From IMG/VR virus record IMGVR_UViG_3300046697_000351, positions 1 through 64,000 of that record: a stretch of DNA of 64,000 bases, one strand, 5' to 3'. Under the pieces are notes generated by a model. The model was not told the DNA's origin and did no database searches. It was given only the letters and a program-made list of their open reading frames with translations. The first letter of the stretch is position 1. Each line of letters begins with the position of its first letter. The translations under genes were made by a program, and so were the position numbers. Below are positions 44,864 through 54,593 of this stretch, piece by piece. The stretch is from an uncultured virus (IMG/VR IMGVR_UViG_3300046697_000351). Lineage: Duplodnaviria > Heunggongvirae > Uroviricota > Caudoviricetes.

Positions 44864-45050
44864 TGCGCTTCCTCCTCTTCTTCTTGTAGTGGTCCTTACC
44901 TCGGCCTATCGCCTTGCGGCAATGGTCTCGGACTTCGGTCATGACCTTGACCAAGAGCTCCCGGATGTCGGCCAGGGCGCGGACGACTTCCATTGCGGAG
45001 CCGCCCACCACCACCAGGAGCTTGATGGTTTCTATGAGCAGGTGAATCAA
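44856..45050 (-). CDS. Small protein with hydrophobic N-terminus and basic tail
   Basis: TTG start overlapping the upstream TGA; KKKRRKR C-terminus. Confidence 0.45.
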   Translation of the reverse strand: MIHLLIETIKLLVVVGGSAMEVVRALADIRELLVKVMTEVRDHCRKAIGRGKDHYKKKRRKRNA

Positions 45051-45235
45051 CCGAGTCTCCCACCGTAGTTGAGGCTGGCGGTCAGGGTCTTGCCTCCTGC
45101 CGGGTCGCATTGGTCGTTGATTAGAGTCAAAGCGACGCTCCCGTCGGCGTTCTTGACGACGGCGTAGAGCGACTGGCCCGGGGCCAGGGTGAAATCGACG
45201 TTTTCAGCGACGGATTTTGGGACGATGATGGCCAT
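45047..45235 (-). CDS. Small tail-fibre-associated protein, paralog A
   Basis: GGAGG RBS directly after the fibre gene. Confidence 0.6.
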   Translation of the reverse strand: MAIIVPKSVAENVDFTLAPGQSLYAVVKNADGSVALTLINDQCDPAGGKTLTASLNYGGRLG

Positions 45236-45243
45236 GAGACCTC

Positions 45244-48200
45244 CTATTGATACCTGATGATGAACATGACGTTGGCGTTCTTCGGGCGGGACTCTTGGTT
45301 CCCACCAGTCGGGCTGTCGATGATGTTACCCGTGTTAGCGGCCTGCGGGTACGGCCAGTATGCTCCCGCGCCGCCGCTCAGATTTCCGGAGGCGGGATTC
45401 ATCGGGTGGAGATGACCTCGGTCCACGTCCATCTCGTAGGAGCCCACAGTGTTGCCGCTCCGGCCGCCAGGCAGACGGTTGAAGCGAGATGCGGCATCGG
45501 GGTCGGTGAGAGAGTCGGTAGAGTCGTGGCTCCAACCTCTAGGGAAGCACCCGCGCATGTCCGGGAGGTTGAAGTGGGTCCCGTCCGGGGTGCCCCACCG
45601 GTCTCCGATGACCGCGTAGAGGTCGGGATACGAGACCGTGAGCAGGCTCGTCCCGTCGCACTCCATCCATCCCGCAGGCGCGTTCGGCCCGCAGAACATG
45701 GTCATCGAGCCGACCGGGACCGAGGCGAGGGTCGTCCACGCTGCGGAGGACGGGCTGGTGGCCACCGGTACCTGGCCGACCGTCGGGGTCCCGGTCACGG
45801 GTATCGACAACGACCTAAGGAAGGGCCTGACGTCCTTGATATTCCCCTGGGTCACGATCGGAGATGATCCGTTGTTGTAGACGCAGACGACCTCGGCCAG
45901 GACCAGACCCGGCGTCGGGTATGGCGGAGGCGTCGACGGAGTCAAGAGCGAGTATCCGGCAGAATTCTCGGGTACGGTGTTTAGGTTCCCGGAATCATCC
46001 AGATAAACCAGGCCCACGTAGCTGTTGGCGGCCAGGGCCAGAGGCACGGACGGGAGAGCGATGCTGCCTCCAGAGCACTGGACCTTGTTCGCACCGTCAC
46101 TAGCAACGAAGTAGGGACCAGTTGCGACGTTCAGGTTGATATCCGGTGTCGCCGAGGCGTATGGCCGCAGCTGGTCGAGGCCGACCTCGGAGATGAAACC
46201 GTTGGTGCTCATGGCCGCGTTCATCCCGATCTCGATCTGCTGAAGCGCTCCCTGGACGGTAGTGGACGTTATCTGGAAGTTGTTGGGGTTGCTCCCGGTG
46301 ACCGGTTGGATTCCGACTAGGGACGCGCCTTCATCAGGCCCGACTGCCGCCAGCGTGGTATAGCTCACGAACCCGCTCTCCAGAGCCACTAGGGAGATGT
46401 TCGGGCTGTACATGGCCACCGTGGTCGCAGCCGGTGACGGGGTATTGATCCCGTAGCTCAGCTGAGACCCGACCACGCCGTTTATAAAGTAGGATGGGAG
46501 CAGGGTCTTCGGCGCCTGGAAGAAGCAGCCCGTTACCGTGGGGTTGCTGGCGATCGGGGTCGGCAGCGTTACTCCGTCGAGGATGTTGATCGCCGCAGAT
46601 GCCGAGCCCGGACCCATAATGAATGTGGTGTCGATGATCAGGGGATTGGATATATTCGTTATGTCGATGATATCGACTGCCGCCGGTGTCCCGGAGGTGC
46701 AGTCCGCCGAGCTGAAGGTGCAGTTTGAGATCACTGGGTTCGATCCGTTCGCGACCACGGCGTTGTTCCCGTTGTTGGTGCACGAAGTGATGCTGCAAAG
46801 GGCACCCGACTTCACTACTAGACCCAGGCTCGCGGCGTTATTGCCAACGGGGGTGTCTGCGGCGTCACCGGTTCCGCCTAGGATCAGGCAGGCCGTGAAC
46901 GTGGCGTTCACCGAGAGTCCGGTCATGACCACGGTCGTCACCGTGCAGTCGGAGAAGGCGGAGGTTGATGTCCCGGAGATGAACATGCAAGCCCCGACCA
47001 CGACGTCGGTCCAGGTCAAGGACGTGCCCGAGACCACGATCTGGTTGATCGTCGAGGTGATGTCGCTGCTGGTCAGGGTATTCACCGAACCGCTGAGGCT
47101 AACGCAGTCCGTGGCCGTCCCCGCCACTGGGCTAGACAAGGACGTGATCGGGGCGATGTTAAAGTCCATGTCCACGGCAGTGAACGACTCGCTGCTATAC
47201 AGGGCCCGATCATTGGATGTCACCGAGCACCCGCTGGCGATCATCGTCCCGTTGTTGACCACGGCTCCGATCCCGGGGTTCGGGCCCGTGCTGAAGGCGG
47301 TTACTTCGGTGTCGGTAATGGTCACGGTCGCGGTCGTGTTCACGACGCCCGCCGCCGAGGTCGCCCCGACCCAGTTCCCGCACCAGATATAGGAATCTTG
47401 GATCGTGAGCGTCGACCCGATATTGGCCAGGACCCCGACGGTTCCGAGGGCGCCAACAGGAGCCGTGGCCTGGCTCTCGCCGTATATCTTTTGGCCGATC
47501 AGGCAGTTGCTGATCGTAGCCGACAGGACCGACGCCCCGACGCTGACGATGACGTCGTTCCCGGTTAGGCCGACGCCGATATCCAGGCCTAGATTCGAGA
47601 CCGTGACATTGTTAGCCGAGATCGTGAGCGCGTTGAAGTTCCCGCCAACGATGGGCGCGACCCTGATCGTGGTCGTCGTCGGATCAAGGCCCGTTAGCGT
47701 GACGTAGGGATTGACCATCGTTATCGGGAACTCGCTGACGTAGGTCCCGGGCTCGACCAGGACCACGTACTGGTTCGCGTATCCTACGGCGGTCGGCCCA
47801 GACATCGGTATGCTGTTTAGGGCCTCCTGGACGCTGGTGAACTGGCCCCCGGTCTGAGACACGGTAATGAGGTTGTTTGGGGAGAAGTTCTTGGACAGGG
47901 CCGCGATCGGCCTCACGTCAATCACGTCTGAGGCGTTGATCGCGGTCTGGGCCGTGTATCGGTTCACCATCGCTAAGGGGAAGGTCCAGGACCCGGTCGG
48001 GACCGCAGGGGCCAAGGGGTTGTTGACGTTGACGGATTGCGCTATGTTGATGGAGTACTGTACCTGCTCGCGGTAGGCGCCTGGGCCAAGGGTCGGGTCC
48101 TCGATATTGGGGTACTGGGTCGCGGTGACGTCCGCTATCGAGACCGTGAGGTAGATCAAGTCTGTCCTGGGTGCGGTCGGGACACCGACAGGCATGTTGT

Positions 48201-48504
48201 AGATGAACTGCGGGGGCGCGCCTATGGCCTGGTGCAGGCCATCGGGGAGGATTAGCCGCTGGCCCTGGGTGTAGATCGCGCCCAGGGTGATGTTCACGGC
48301 ATTGTCCAGGCCGCTGGCGACGACGAGGAAGCCCTCGCCCAGGGCTCCGTCAGTGATCAGGTTCTCGATGAACCGCTGCCTCTCGTTGTTCTGGATGTCC
48401 TGGAGTTCGACCATCTCGAAGTCGGCGGGGTGAGTCCCCTCCTGGAAGACCACGGTCTCGAAGCGGTTGGCTTCGTCGAAGGTTCTCTTGCTCAGCTCTG
48501 GCAT
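45244..48504 (-). CDS. Tail fibre/spike with beta-helix region and C-terminal tail-collar domain
   Basis: VVFQEG...ELQDIQ N-terminus, QFTSVQEALN...VEPGTY, PVGSMTMFCG...GWMECDG...FNLPDMRG. Confidence 0.88.
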   Translation of the reverse strand: MPELSKRTFDEANRFETVVFQEGTHPADFEMVELQDIQNNERQRFIENLITDGALGEGFLVVASGLDNAVNITLGAIYTQGQRLILPDGLHQAIGAPPQFIYNMPVGVPTAPRTDLIYLTVSIADVTATQYPNIEDPTLGPGAYREQVQYSINIAQSVNVNNPLAPAVPTGSWTFPLAMVNRYTAQTAINASDVIDVRPIAALSKNFSPNNLITVSQTGGQFTSVQEALNSIPMSGPTAVGYANQYVVLVEPGTYVSEFPITMVNPYVTLTGLDPTTTTIRVAPIVGGNFNALTISANNVTVSNLGLDIGVGLTGNDVIVSVGASVLSATISNCLIGQKIYGESQATAPVGALGTVGVLANIGSTLTIQDSYIWCGNWVGATSAAGVVNTTATVTITDTEVTAFSTGPNPGIGAVVNNGTMIASGCSVTSNDRALYSSESFTAVDMDFNIAPITSLSSPVAGTATDCVSLSGSVNTLTSSDITSTINQIVVSGTSLTWTDVVVGACMFISGTSTSAFSDCTVTTVVMTGLSVNATFTACLILGGTGDAADTPVGNNAASLGLVVKSGALCSITSCTNNGNNAVVANGSNPVISNCTFSSADCTSGTPAAVDIIDITNISNPLIIDTTFIMGPGSASAAINILDGVTLPTPIASNPTVTGCFFQAPKTLLPSYFINGVVGSQLSYGINTPSPAATTVAMYSPNISLVALESGFVSYTTLAAVGPDEGASLVGIQPVTGSNPNNFQITSTTVQGALQQIEIGMNAAMSTNGFISEVGLDQLRPYASATPDINLNVATGPYFVASDGANKVQCSGGSIALPSVPLALAANSYVGLVYLDDSGNLNTVPENSAGYSLLTPSTPPPYPTPGLVLAEVVCVYNNGSSPIVTQGNIKDVRPFLRSLSIPVTGTPTVGQVPVATSPSSAAWTTLASVPVGSMTMFCGPNAPAGWMECDGTSLLTVSYPDLYAVIGDRWGTPDGTHFNLPDMRGCFPRGWSHDSTDSLTDPDAASRFNRLPGGRSGNTVGSYEMDVDRGHLHPMNPASGNLSGGAGAYWPYPQAANTGNIIDSPTGGNQESRPKNANVMFIIRYQ

Positions 48505-48517
48505 GGTAATGGCTCCT

Positions 48518-49663
48518 TTAGAACGCTATTGCCCAGCGAATGAAAACGCCCTGGCCCGTGGTTATGTTCGTGAACGTCGGCACGCCCCAGGCCAGTATTT
48601 TCGTGCCCGCGTTCCCTATGATGGCGATCTCCCTGATGGTGTCGTTTATCCCGAGGTTGAACTGGGCCCGGACCAGAAGGTTCGGGTTCGGCTGATCGGA
48701 GACGTCGAGCAGGTTCGGTTGCAGGAGTTCGAGCGCAACCGGTCCATTGATGGCGCGGTCGCCCAGGAACGATACCTGGGACGGGGAGACCCTGCCAAGC
48801 TCGTGGAACATCCGCGTGGGGTTGTAGAAGGTCCTGGCCCCGATGTCGCACTCCACGTACCCGATGTACACGATCGTCCCGTTCGGAGGCGTCGGCGGCG
48901 TCGTCTTTCCCAGCGATGGCATGTTCTGGACCTCGCCGATGCCGTAGGCTCCGGACATGGTCCCGGTGTCTATGAGGAACAGATGGTTGAAGCAGTCCTG
49001 CTGCAAGCAGTTCGGCCCCGTGGCGCTGTTCCCGAAGCTCAGGGCCAAGTCGTGGGAGGTGTTGGCGACCTCGATGAAGTAGAAGGTGTTAGGGAACCCA
49101 TTCGGACCGAAATTGTACACGGGGAAGTCGTTGTGGAGGATGACCGGGTCTATCCCGGTCATCTCGAAGTTGTTCCCGAGGCGGGGGTTGGTCCCGAACG
49201 AGGAGTAGGCGCCCCCGACGCCGGAGCCGACCGCGACGTGTGATATCCCGGCGAGGGCGCTCTCCGGGGTCTGGCCCATGTCAAACAGGGTCAAAGACGT
49301 GGTGTTCCCAATGAGGCCCAGATCATACGTTGGGTTCCCGGATACGGTGCGGTAGACGTTGTAGCTCAGGGCCCCGGCCACCGCTGACCATGAGATCGAG
49401 TTGTAGTTTGCTGACCCTAGGCCAGCGTTGCCCGTCGCCGTCGTCGCGATAGAGAACGGCAGGCCTTGGCCGTAGGCGGTAACGGACTTTATCACATATG
49501 CCCACGTCGAGGAACCGGCGGCTCCGACGTTGGCCACCGCCGATGACCCCGGAGCCGGGATCGAGAAGTCTGTAAGCTGCTGCTCGGCGGTACCGGCCAT
49601 GAGCTGGGAGATCAGGGTCCTTCCGTCTCTGCTCATCTGTTGCTGCGTGCTGAGTCCGCTCAT
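48518..49663 (-). CDS. Baseplate/tail structural protein
   Basis: Location; FN3-like ISWSAVAGALSYNVYR; IREIAI C-terminus. Confidence 0.6.
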   Translation of the reverse strand: MSGLSTQQQMSRDGRTLISQLMAGTAEQQLTDFSIPAPGSSAVANVGAAGSSTWAYVIKSVTAYGQGLPFSIATTATGNAGLGSANYNSISWSAVAGALSYNVYRTVSGNPTYDLGLIGNTTSLTLFDMGQTPESALAGISHVAVGSGVGGAYSSFGTNPRLGNNFEMTGIDPVILHNDFPVYNFGPNGFPNTFYFIEVANTSHDLALSFGNSATGPNCLQQDCFNHLFLIDTGTMSGAYGIGEVQNMPSLGKTTPPTPPNGTIVYIGYVECDIGARTFYNPTRMFHELGRVSPSQVSFLGDRAINGPVALELLQPNLLDVSDQPNPNLLVRAQFNLGINDTIREIAIIGNAGTKILAWGVPTFTNITTGQGVFIRWAIAF

Positions 49664-49673
49664 GATATTTCCC

Positions 49674-52600
49674 CTATATTCCTGCGTTGAATCGGAAGAG
49701 TTTGGCCGTGTCCAGCGAGCGCCCATAGAAGAAGACCCCGCCGTCGAAGGCCAGGCCCTGCACCCGCTCGTTCACGACGTAGGTCTTGGTCAAGACCAGG
49801 GTCTGACCCAGGGTGATCGGCGGATTCGGGATCGAGAAGACATGGACCGTGGTCGAGGTCCCGTTATACAGGGCCGTGGCCACCAGCGAGCCGCCCCCAA
49901 GTTCGATCGAGATCGAGCCCGTGGCGAGGTTGATGAGGTCTCCTGGGTGCCCCACCGGGTCCTCAGTCACCGTGGGAGGCACGTACACCGACGGCAGGGG
50001 TATGCTCCCGACCACGGCCCCGATCGGCAGGGGGTTGTAGCCCAGGTACCCGGCGCTGGCGCTGGGCGGGACGAGGCTCATGTCCACCAGCCAGATTTTC
50101 CCGGCCAGGTCCACGATCAGGACCTTGGAGACGGCGTCCGAGACGAAGTCCAGGACGTAGTTCTGGATGTTGAATATCTCCACTGCCTGATTCGTGCTGC
50201 GCTGGACCTGGAACAGCGTAGTGTTGTAGGACGTGGTCGAGCCTGAGCTGTCGGTCTGGAGGACCATGCACAGGCCGTTGCCTCCAGCAGCCTCGATGCG
50301 CAGGGGCTGCGCTGAGGCTCCGACCTCTCCCAGGAAGGGGAGGGATATGAAGGGCTCAATCGGGTGCGTGATCGCCAGGGTCCTGTCCCAGTTCTGGAAC
50401 TCGGTCGGGGCCGAGTCCCAGGGTGCGATGCCGCTGACCCCCGCGCCTTCCTGGGTCGCGAAGGTCCAGCCATCGTAGATTCCCAGGCCAAGCGCGCCCC
50501 AGGACTGCGAGTTTCCGGAGAACCCCGCACCTTGACCCGCGATCCCGACGTCGAACAGGCCGCTGTCGTTGCTGGCCCCAGACCAGGCCAGGGTACTGAT
50601 GGGGGCGACCACGCGCGCCAGGGTCACCGCGTCTATGAGGTACATGGAGTCCCCGGCCCCGGCGGCGACCACCCTCGTCAGGTCCCCGCTCTGGATCGAC
50701 GCGGTCCCGGCGTAGTCCGAGGAGGACGCGAGGAGGATCGGCTCGTAGCCCACGGGGTTGTTCGTGACCTTGACGATGCCGTTAGCGCACCCCGCGAACA
50801 CGCCGTTTCCGTTCTCGGTCAGGGCATCCCTAGAGCCGAAGGTCCTGACGACGTTGACCATGCCCAGGGGCATGAAAACGGCGTCGTACAGGGTCTGATG
50901 CACCGTCACCGAGTTCGGGCCCGACTCGATCGCGGAGAACATCGACGCCGAGTAGCTGAGGACGTCGCCGATGTTCCCGGGGGCGACCAGGGCGTTGTCG
51001 ACGTACGTCATGGGGGAGGCCGAGGCCGGTATCGTGGCGATGGCGCTCATGGCCGAGCCATTGACGCTGCGGCTGATCAAGACTTGATCGCCAGCGGCGT
51101 AGGCGTACCCCGCCGGGGGCGTGATCGTGAGCGTGACCTGGGTTCTGTTCGTCTGCGACGTAGTGATAACGGGCGCGCCCATTCGGCAGGTGAAGACGGC
51201 GATGTTTGATTGCGGAGAGGTGTTGTCCGCGTCCACGGCGTAGACCCAGTACTGCACGGTGTCGCCCATGTTCATCGGGTATGTGTCCCGGTAGCTCCTC
51301 AGCGCCGGGTTCGCGTCGTTGCAGACCAGGATCGGGGCCTCGTACGAGGTGGGGGACCCGGTCACGAACTTCTGGCGCCAGACCTCGAAGCCGGTGGCCA
51401 GGGTATTGGCGTCGGACCAGGTCACTAGGTTCTGGGTCGACAGGGGCCTAGTCACCGCGACCCCGGTGGGGGCGGACAAGGCCAGGTCGGTCGAGACCGT
51501 TAGGGAATAGGCCCCGAGGTTCTTGGGCACCGCGACGTCGCTGAGTATGAGGTAGGCCTGCTTGATCTCCCTGACCCTGAACGAGACTAGGGCCCCGGGG
51601 GCGCCGTTGACGGCGACCGTGACCGTCGTCTGCCCAGGGGGCACGCGCGCGACCTCCACGAACGTGCCGTTGTTCGAGAACGCGGTCTCGATCGCGGTGT
51701 AGTCCATGTAGAGGTTGTTCGTGGTCCAGGTCAGGGTCGCCATGTTATCCGGAGTCCCCACGACCTGGAGGTCCTGCGGGGGGTCGAACGGGGTCGTGAC
51801 GATGATCGGGATTGAGGCCGGACCCTGCTCCTGGTTGTCGAAGTTCTGGACGGAGTAGGCGTAGACCGCCCCGGAGATGATCGGGGCGTCGTCGACGAAC
51901 TCCGTGACCGAGGCCGCGACGCTGGCGATAAGGGTCAGCGGGGCTCCGTCCATGGACTTGTAGACCAGGGTCCCGCGCACGAACGGGCTTATGTTCTGCC
52001 AGGACACGTTGATGACCCCGGCCCCGGTGATCGCCACTGAGACGTTGTCTGGCGCAACCAGCTCCTGGACGATGATGATCTGGATAGAGTTCGACCAGGG
52101 GCTGACCGCCGTCGCGTTATCGGCCCGAACCCGGTACGAGACGAAGGTCCCTACAGGGTAGTCGAAGACGTCGGTGAAGGAAGTGGTCCCCCCCGGGACC
52201 GTGATCAGGGGTCCGATCACGGGCAAGAACGCGGGAGCCTCCATGATCGTGCGCTGGATCGAGTACGATGTCTCCAGGTCCTCGTTGATGACCAGGTTCG
52301 TGTCGGTCCAGGTCAGGATCGCGCCGATGTCTGCGGCGGGGACCACGGAGACGAGGACGGGCGCGTTCAGGGGCGCTGTGACGCTGAATGCCGCTGACGT
52401 CGGCCCCGCGAAGTCCTGGTTGAAGGCCTCGACCTTGAAGGTGTATATCTGTCCAGGCACTATGACCACGGAGTAGACGTAGGTCAGCGTCCCCGGGGCA
52501 ACGACGGCGACCTGGTCGAAGACCGTGGTGCTGCCGACGTCCAGGTACACGCGGACCCCCTTCTCGTCGGACACTGCCGGGTAGTTGGGGTCGGTCCAGA

Positions 52601-53600
52601 CCAAGGTGATCTGGGTCCCTCCTCCGATGGTCGCGGAGGTGATGACCGGGGCCGCCATAGTCTGCGGCACGACCACGCTCTGGGCTGCGGAGAATGGTCC
52701 GACGTCGCCCGTGGACGGCGACACCGCCCTGACCCTGTAGGTGTAGGTCCCCGGGACCATGCCCAGGTACCCGAAGGCGTCGTCGTAGGCCCCGGTTGGG
52801 GCTGGCCCAGCGGCCATGGTCATCGAGGACAGGAGCAGGAACGGTCCGGCTCCGACGCTCCTCCAGACTTCGACCTGGTCACCGGCGCCGTAGGTGTTGG
52901 GGTCGGTCCAGGCCAGGGCAATGAGCCCGACCTTGATCGCGGGGATGGCCAGCGGCGGGGAGATCGTGAAGTCCGGGGTGTAGATCGGGACCGCCAGGGT
53001 CTGCGCCGAGAACGAGGATGGGACGGTGATGGAGGACGGGGCGCTGAGCGTCGTGGTCTGGTACTTGTTCGTGACCTGGACTTCGTAGGAGTAGGTGTGT
53101 CCGGGGGGAGGCGCGGAGGCCGCGATGGTCGCCCCCGGCAGTATGGTCACCCCGGGGGTTCCCGCCGTGACCGTGACGGCCCCGGAATCGGTGGCCGCCG
53201 CCGTATCCAGAGACATGATCACGGGAGTGGGTGAGGCGAGGACCCCGGCGGGGATCACTGCGTCGGAAAATGCGTAGGAGATTCCCGAGAAAGTGTACCC
53301 CTCTTCGGTCCCGGCTCCGGCGGACACGGTGTAGAAGTACTGGGTCAGGGACGACTCCACGGCTCCGGTATCGATCCTGTGACCATCGTTGCCGTTATCC
53401 GGGTTTCCATCCACGTAGTATTTCAGGAAGTAGGAGTACCGAGTCAGGTCCGCCCCGGAATTGGGGTCGCTGAGACCCAGGATCAGGGACGTCCCCGAGG
53501 CGGAAATCCCGGTGATCGACACCGGTTGGAGGGGGACGAAGGTATCGACCTCGAACAGCTCGAAGAAGTTGCCGCTGCGTACGGGTCTGATGACGCTCAT
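49674..53600 (-). CDS. Large virion protein with tandem fibronectin-III-like repeats
   Basis: Recurrent LxWTD...Y-YRVRA modules; start MSVIRPV overlaps the upstream stop. Confidence 0.8.
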   Translation of the reverse strand: MSVIRPVRSGNFFELFEVDTFVPLQPVSITGISASGTSLILGLSDPNSGADLTRYSYFLKYYVDGNPDNGNDGHRIDTGAVESSLTQYFYTVSAGAGTEEGYTFSGISYAFSDAVIPAGVLASPTPVIMSLDTAAATDSGAVTVTAGTPGVTILPGATIAASAPPPGHTYSYEVQVTNKYQTTTLSAPSSITVPSSFSAQTLAVPIYTPDFTISPPLAIPAIKVGLIALAWTDPNTYGAGDQVEVWRSVGAGPFLLLSSMTMAAGPAPTGAYDDAFGYLGMVPGTYTYRVRAVSPSTGDVGPFSAAQSVVVPQTMAAPVITSATIGGGTQITLVWTDPNYPAVSDEKGVRVYLDVGSTTVFDQVAVVAPGTLTYVYSVVIVPGQIYTFKVEAFNQDFAGPTSAAFSVTAPLNAPVLVSVVPAADIGAILTWTDTNLVINEDLETSYSIQRTIMEAPAFLPVIGPLITVPGGTTSFTDVFDYPVGTFVSYRVRADNATAVSPWSNSIQIIIVQELVAPDNVSVAITGAGVINVSWQNISPFVRGTLVYKSMDGAPLTLIASVAASVTEFVDDAPIISGAVYAYSVQNFDNQEQGPASIPIIVTTPFDPPQDLQVVGTPDNMATLTWTTNNLYMDYTAIETAFSNNGTFVEVARVPPGQTTVTVAVNGAPGALVSFRVREIKQAYLILSDVAVPKNLGAYSLTVSTDLALSAPTGVAVTRPLSTQNLVTWSDANTLATGFEVWRQKFVTGSPTSYEAPILVCNDANPALRSYRDTYPMNMGDTVQYWVYAVDADNTSPQSNIAVFTCRMGAPVITTSQTNRTQVTLTITPPAGYAYAAGDQVLISRSVNGSAMSAIATIPASASPMTYVDNALVAPGNIGDVLSYSASMFSAIESGPNSVTVHQTLYDAVFMPLGMVNVVRTFGSRDALTENGNGVFAGCANGIVKVTNNPVGYEPILLASSSDYAGTASIQSGDLTRVVAAGAGDSMYLIDAVTLARVVAPISTLAWSGASNDSGLFDVGIAGQGAGFSGNSQSWGALGLGIYDGWTFATQEGAGVSGIAPWDSAPTEFQNWDRTLAITHPIEPFISLPFLGEVGASAQPLRIEAAGGNGLCMVLQTDSSGSTTSYNTTLFQVQRSTNQAVEIFNIQNYVLDFVSDAVSKVLIVDLAGKIWLVDMSLVPPSASAGYLGYNPLPIGAVVGSIPLPSVYVPPTVTEDPVGHPGDLINLATGSISIELGGGSLVATALYNGTSTTVHVFSIPNPPITLGQTLVLTKTYVVNERVQGLAFDGGVFFYGRSLDTAKLFRFNAGI

Positions 53601-54226
53601 GGGCCAGGTATCTCCTGCTGGGATATGAGGGCGATGAACTGGTGCGCGGGCGTGACGAAGGCCAGGGCAGGCGGGACGAAGGTGAGCATCCTTATATCCG
53701 CAGTATTGGCGACGCTCACGACCTGGACCTGGGTCCCGAACGGGTCGAATCCAAGGCTCCTGAGGAGCACGCCCGGCATCCACTCGGCCAAGGGGTTGTT
53801 CCAGGTATTGTTGGGCAGGGGGCTGTTCAGGATAAAGAACTGGGTCGGGTCCGGGGGCACGCCGGGGCCGATGAACCTGGCCGCGTCATTGAAGTAGTCC
53901 CGGATCACGACCGTGGCCGATGGTGCGTAGGCGTGAACCATGTCGATCAGGCACTGCTTGAACGGGGCCTCCAGGCGGGACTTGATAGTGCCTAGGAGGA
54001 TGTTCCGGTACTGCTCCGTGGTGAAGCTGGGATCGAACGCCACCTGTAGGAGCGTGCCCCAGTTCGGTTGCAGGGTGTCGGGCCTGGCCGTGGCGATGTT
54101 CCGGTCGGAATTGACGCTGTTGATCTCGGCGTCCGCCGCGTTCATCTGGTCAGCCTGGAGCCAGATCGTGAGCAGGATGTTCGACGAGGTCAGCGACACC
54201 GGTACGAAGTTTATTGGGGTTGGCAT
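53597..54226 (-). CDS. Baseplate wedge subunit (P2 gpI-like)
   Basis: LQPNWG...EQYRNIL...PAH, downstream of baseplate J. Confidence 0.6.
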   Translation of the reverse strand: MPTPINFVPVSLTSSNILLTIWLQADQMNAADAEINSVNSDRNIATARPDTLQPNWGTLLQVAFDPSFTTEQYRNILLGTIKSRLEAPFKQCLIDMVHAYAPSATVVIRDYFNDAARFIGPGVPPDPTQFFILNSPLPNNTWNNPLAEWMPGVLLRSLGFDPFGTQVQVVSVANTADIRMLTFVPPALAFVTPAHQFIALISQQEIPGP

Positions 54227-54229
54227 GTT

Positions 54230-54586
54230 CTAGGGCACGTAGTACTGGGCCCGGATCAGGCTCGGGCCGGGGTTGAGCACGATCGTGGTGGACCAGCCCC
54301 CGGTCGCATCCGCGACGATGCTCGTGGTCGGAGACTGGTTGATGTTGTTGACGAGGACGATGATCGTGGACCCTGGGGTGGCCGTGCCCCTTACCGCTAC
54401 GGACTCGATCTCCGGGACCGTGAAATCCGTCGAGGAGTTGTAGACGTAGTATGGGATAAGCTGGGCCATGGCCACGAAGAACTTGTTCGAGGCCTCAGGG
54501 AGGACCACGATCATGTCGATGATCGGCGTCGGCCCCACGGGGACCTCGATGCTTACCTGCGACGGCAGAGACTGGACTATCGGCAT
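54230..54586 (-). CDS. Ig-like domain protein
   Basis: VRGTATPGSTI...ADATGGWS...LNPG. Confidence 0.6.
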   Translation of the reverse strand: MPIVQSLPSQVSIEVPVGPTPIIDMIVVLPEASNKFFVAMAQLIPYYVYNSSTDFTVPEIESVAVRGTATPGSTIIVLVNNINQSPTTSIVADATGGWSTTIVLNPGPSLIRAQYYVP

Positions 54587-54593
54587 AGGTTTC

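Noticed and set aside
44321..45400. Diversity-generating retroelement or invertible tail-fibre switch
   Set aside because: The two fibre tips are in the same orientation and not near-identical; no reverse transcriptase or invertase in the window
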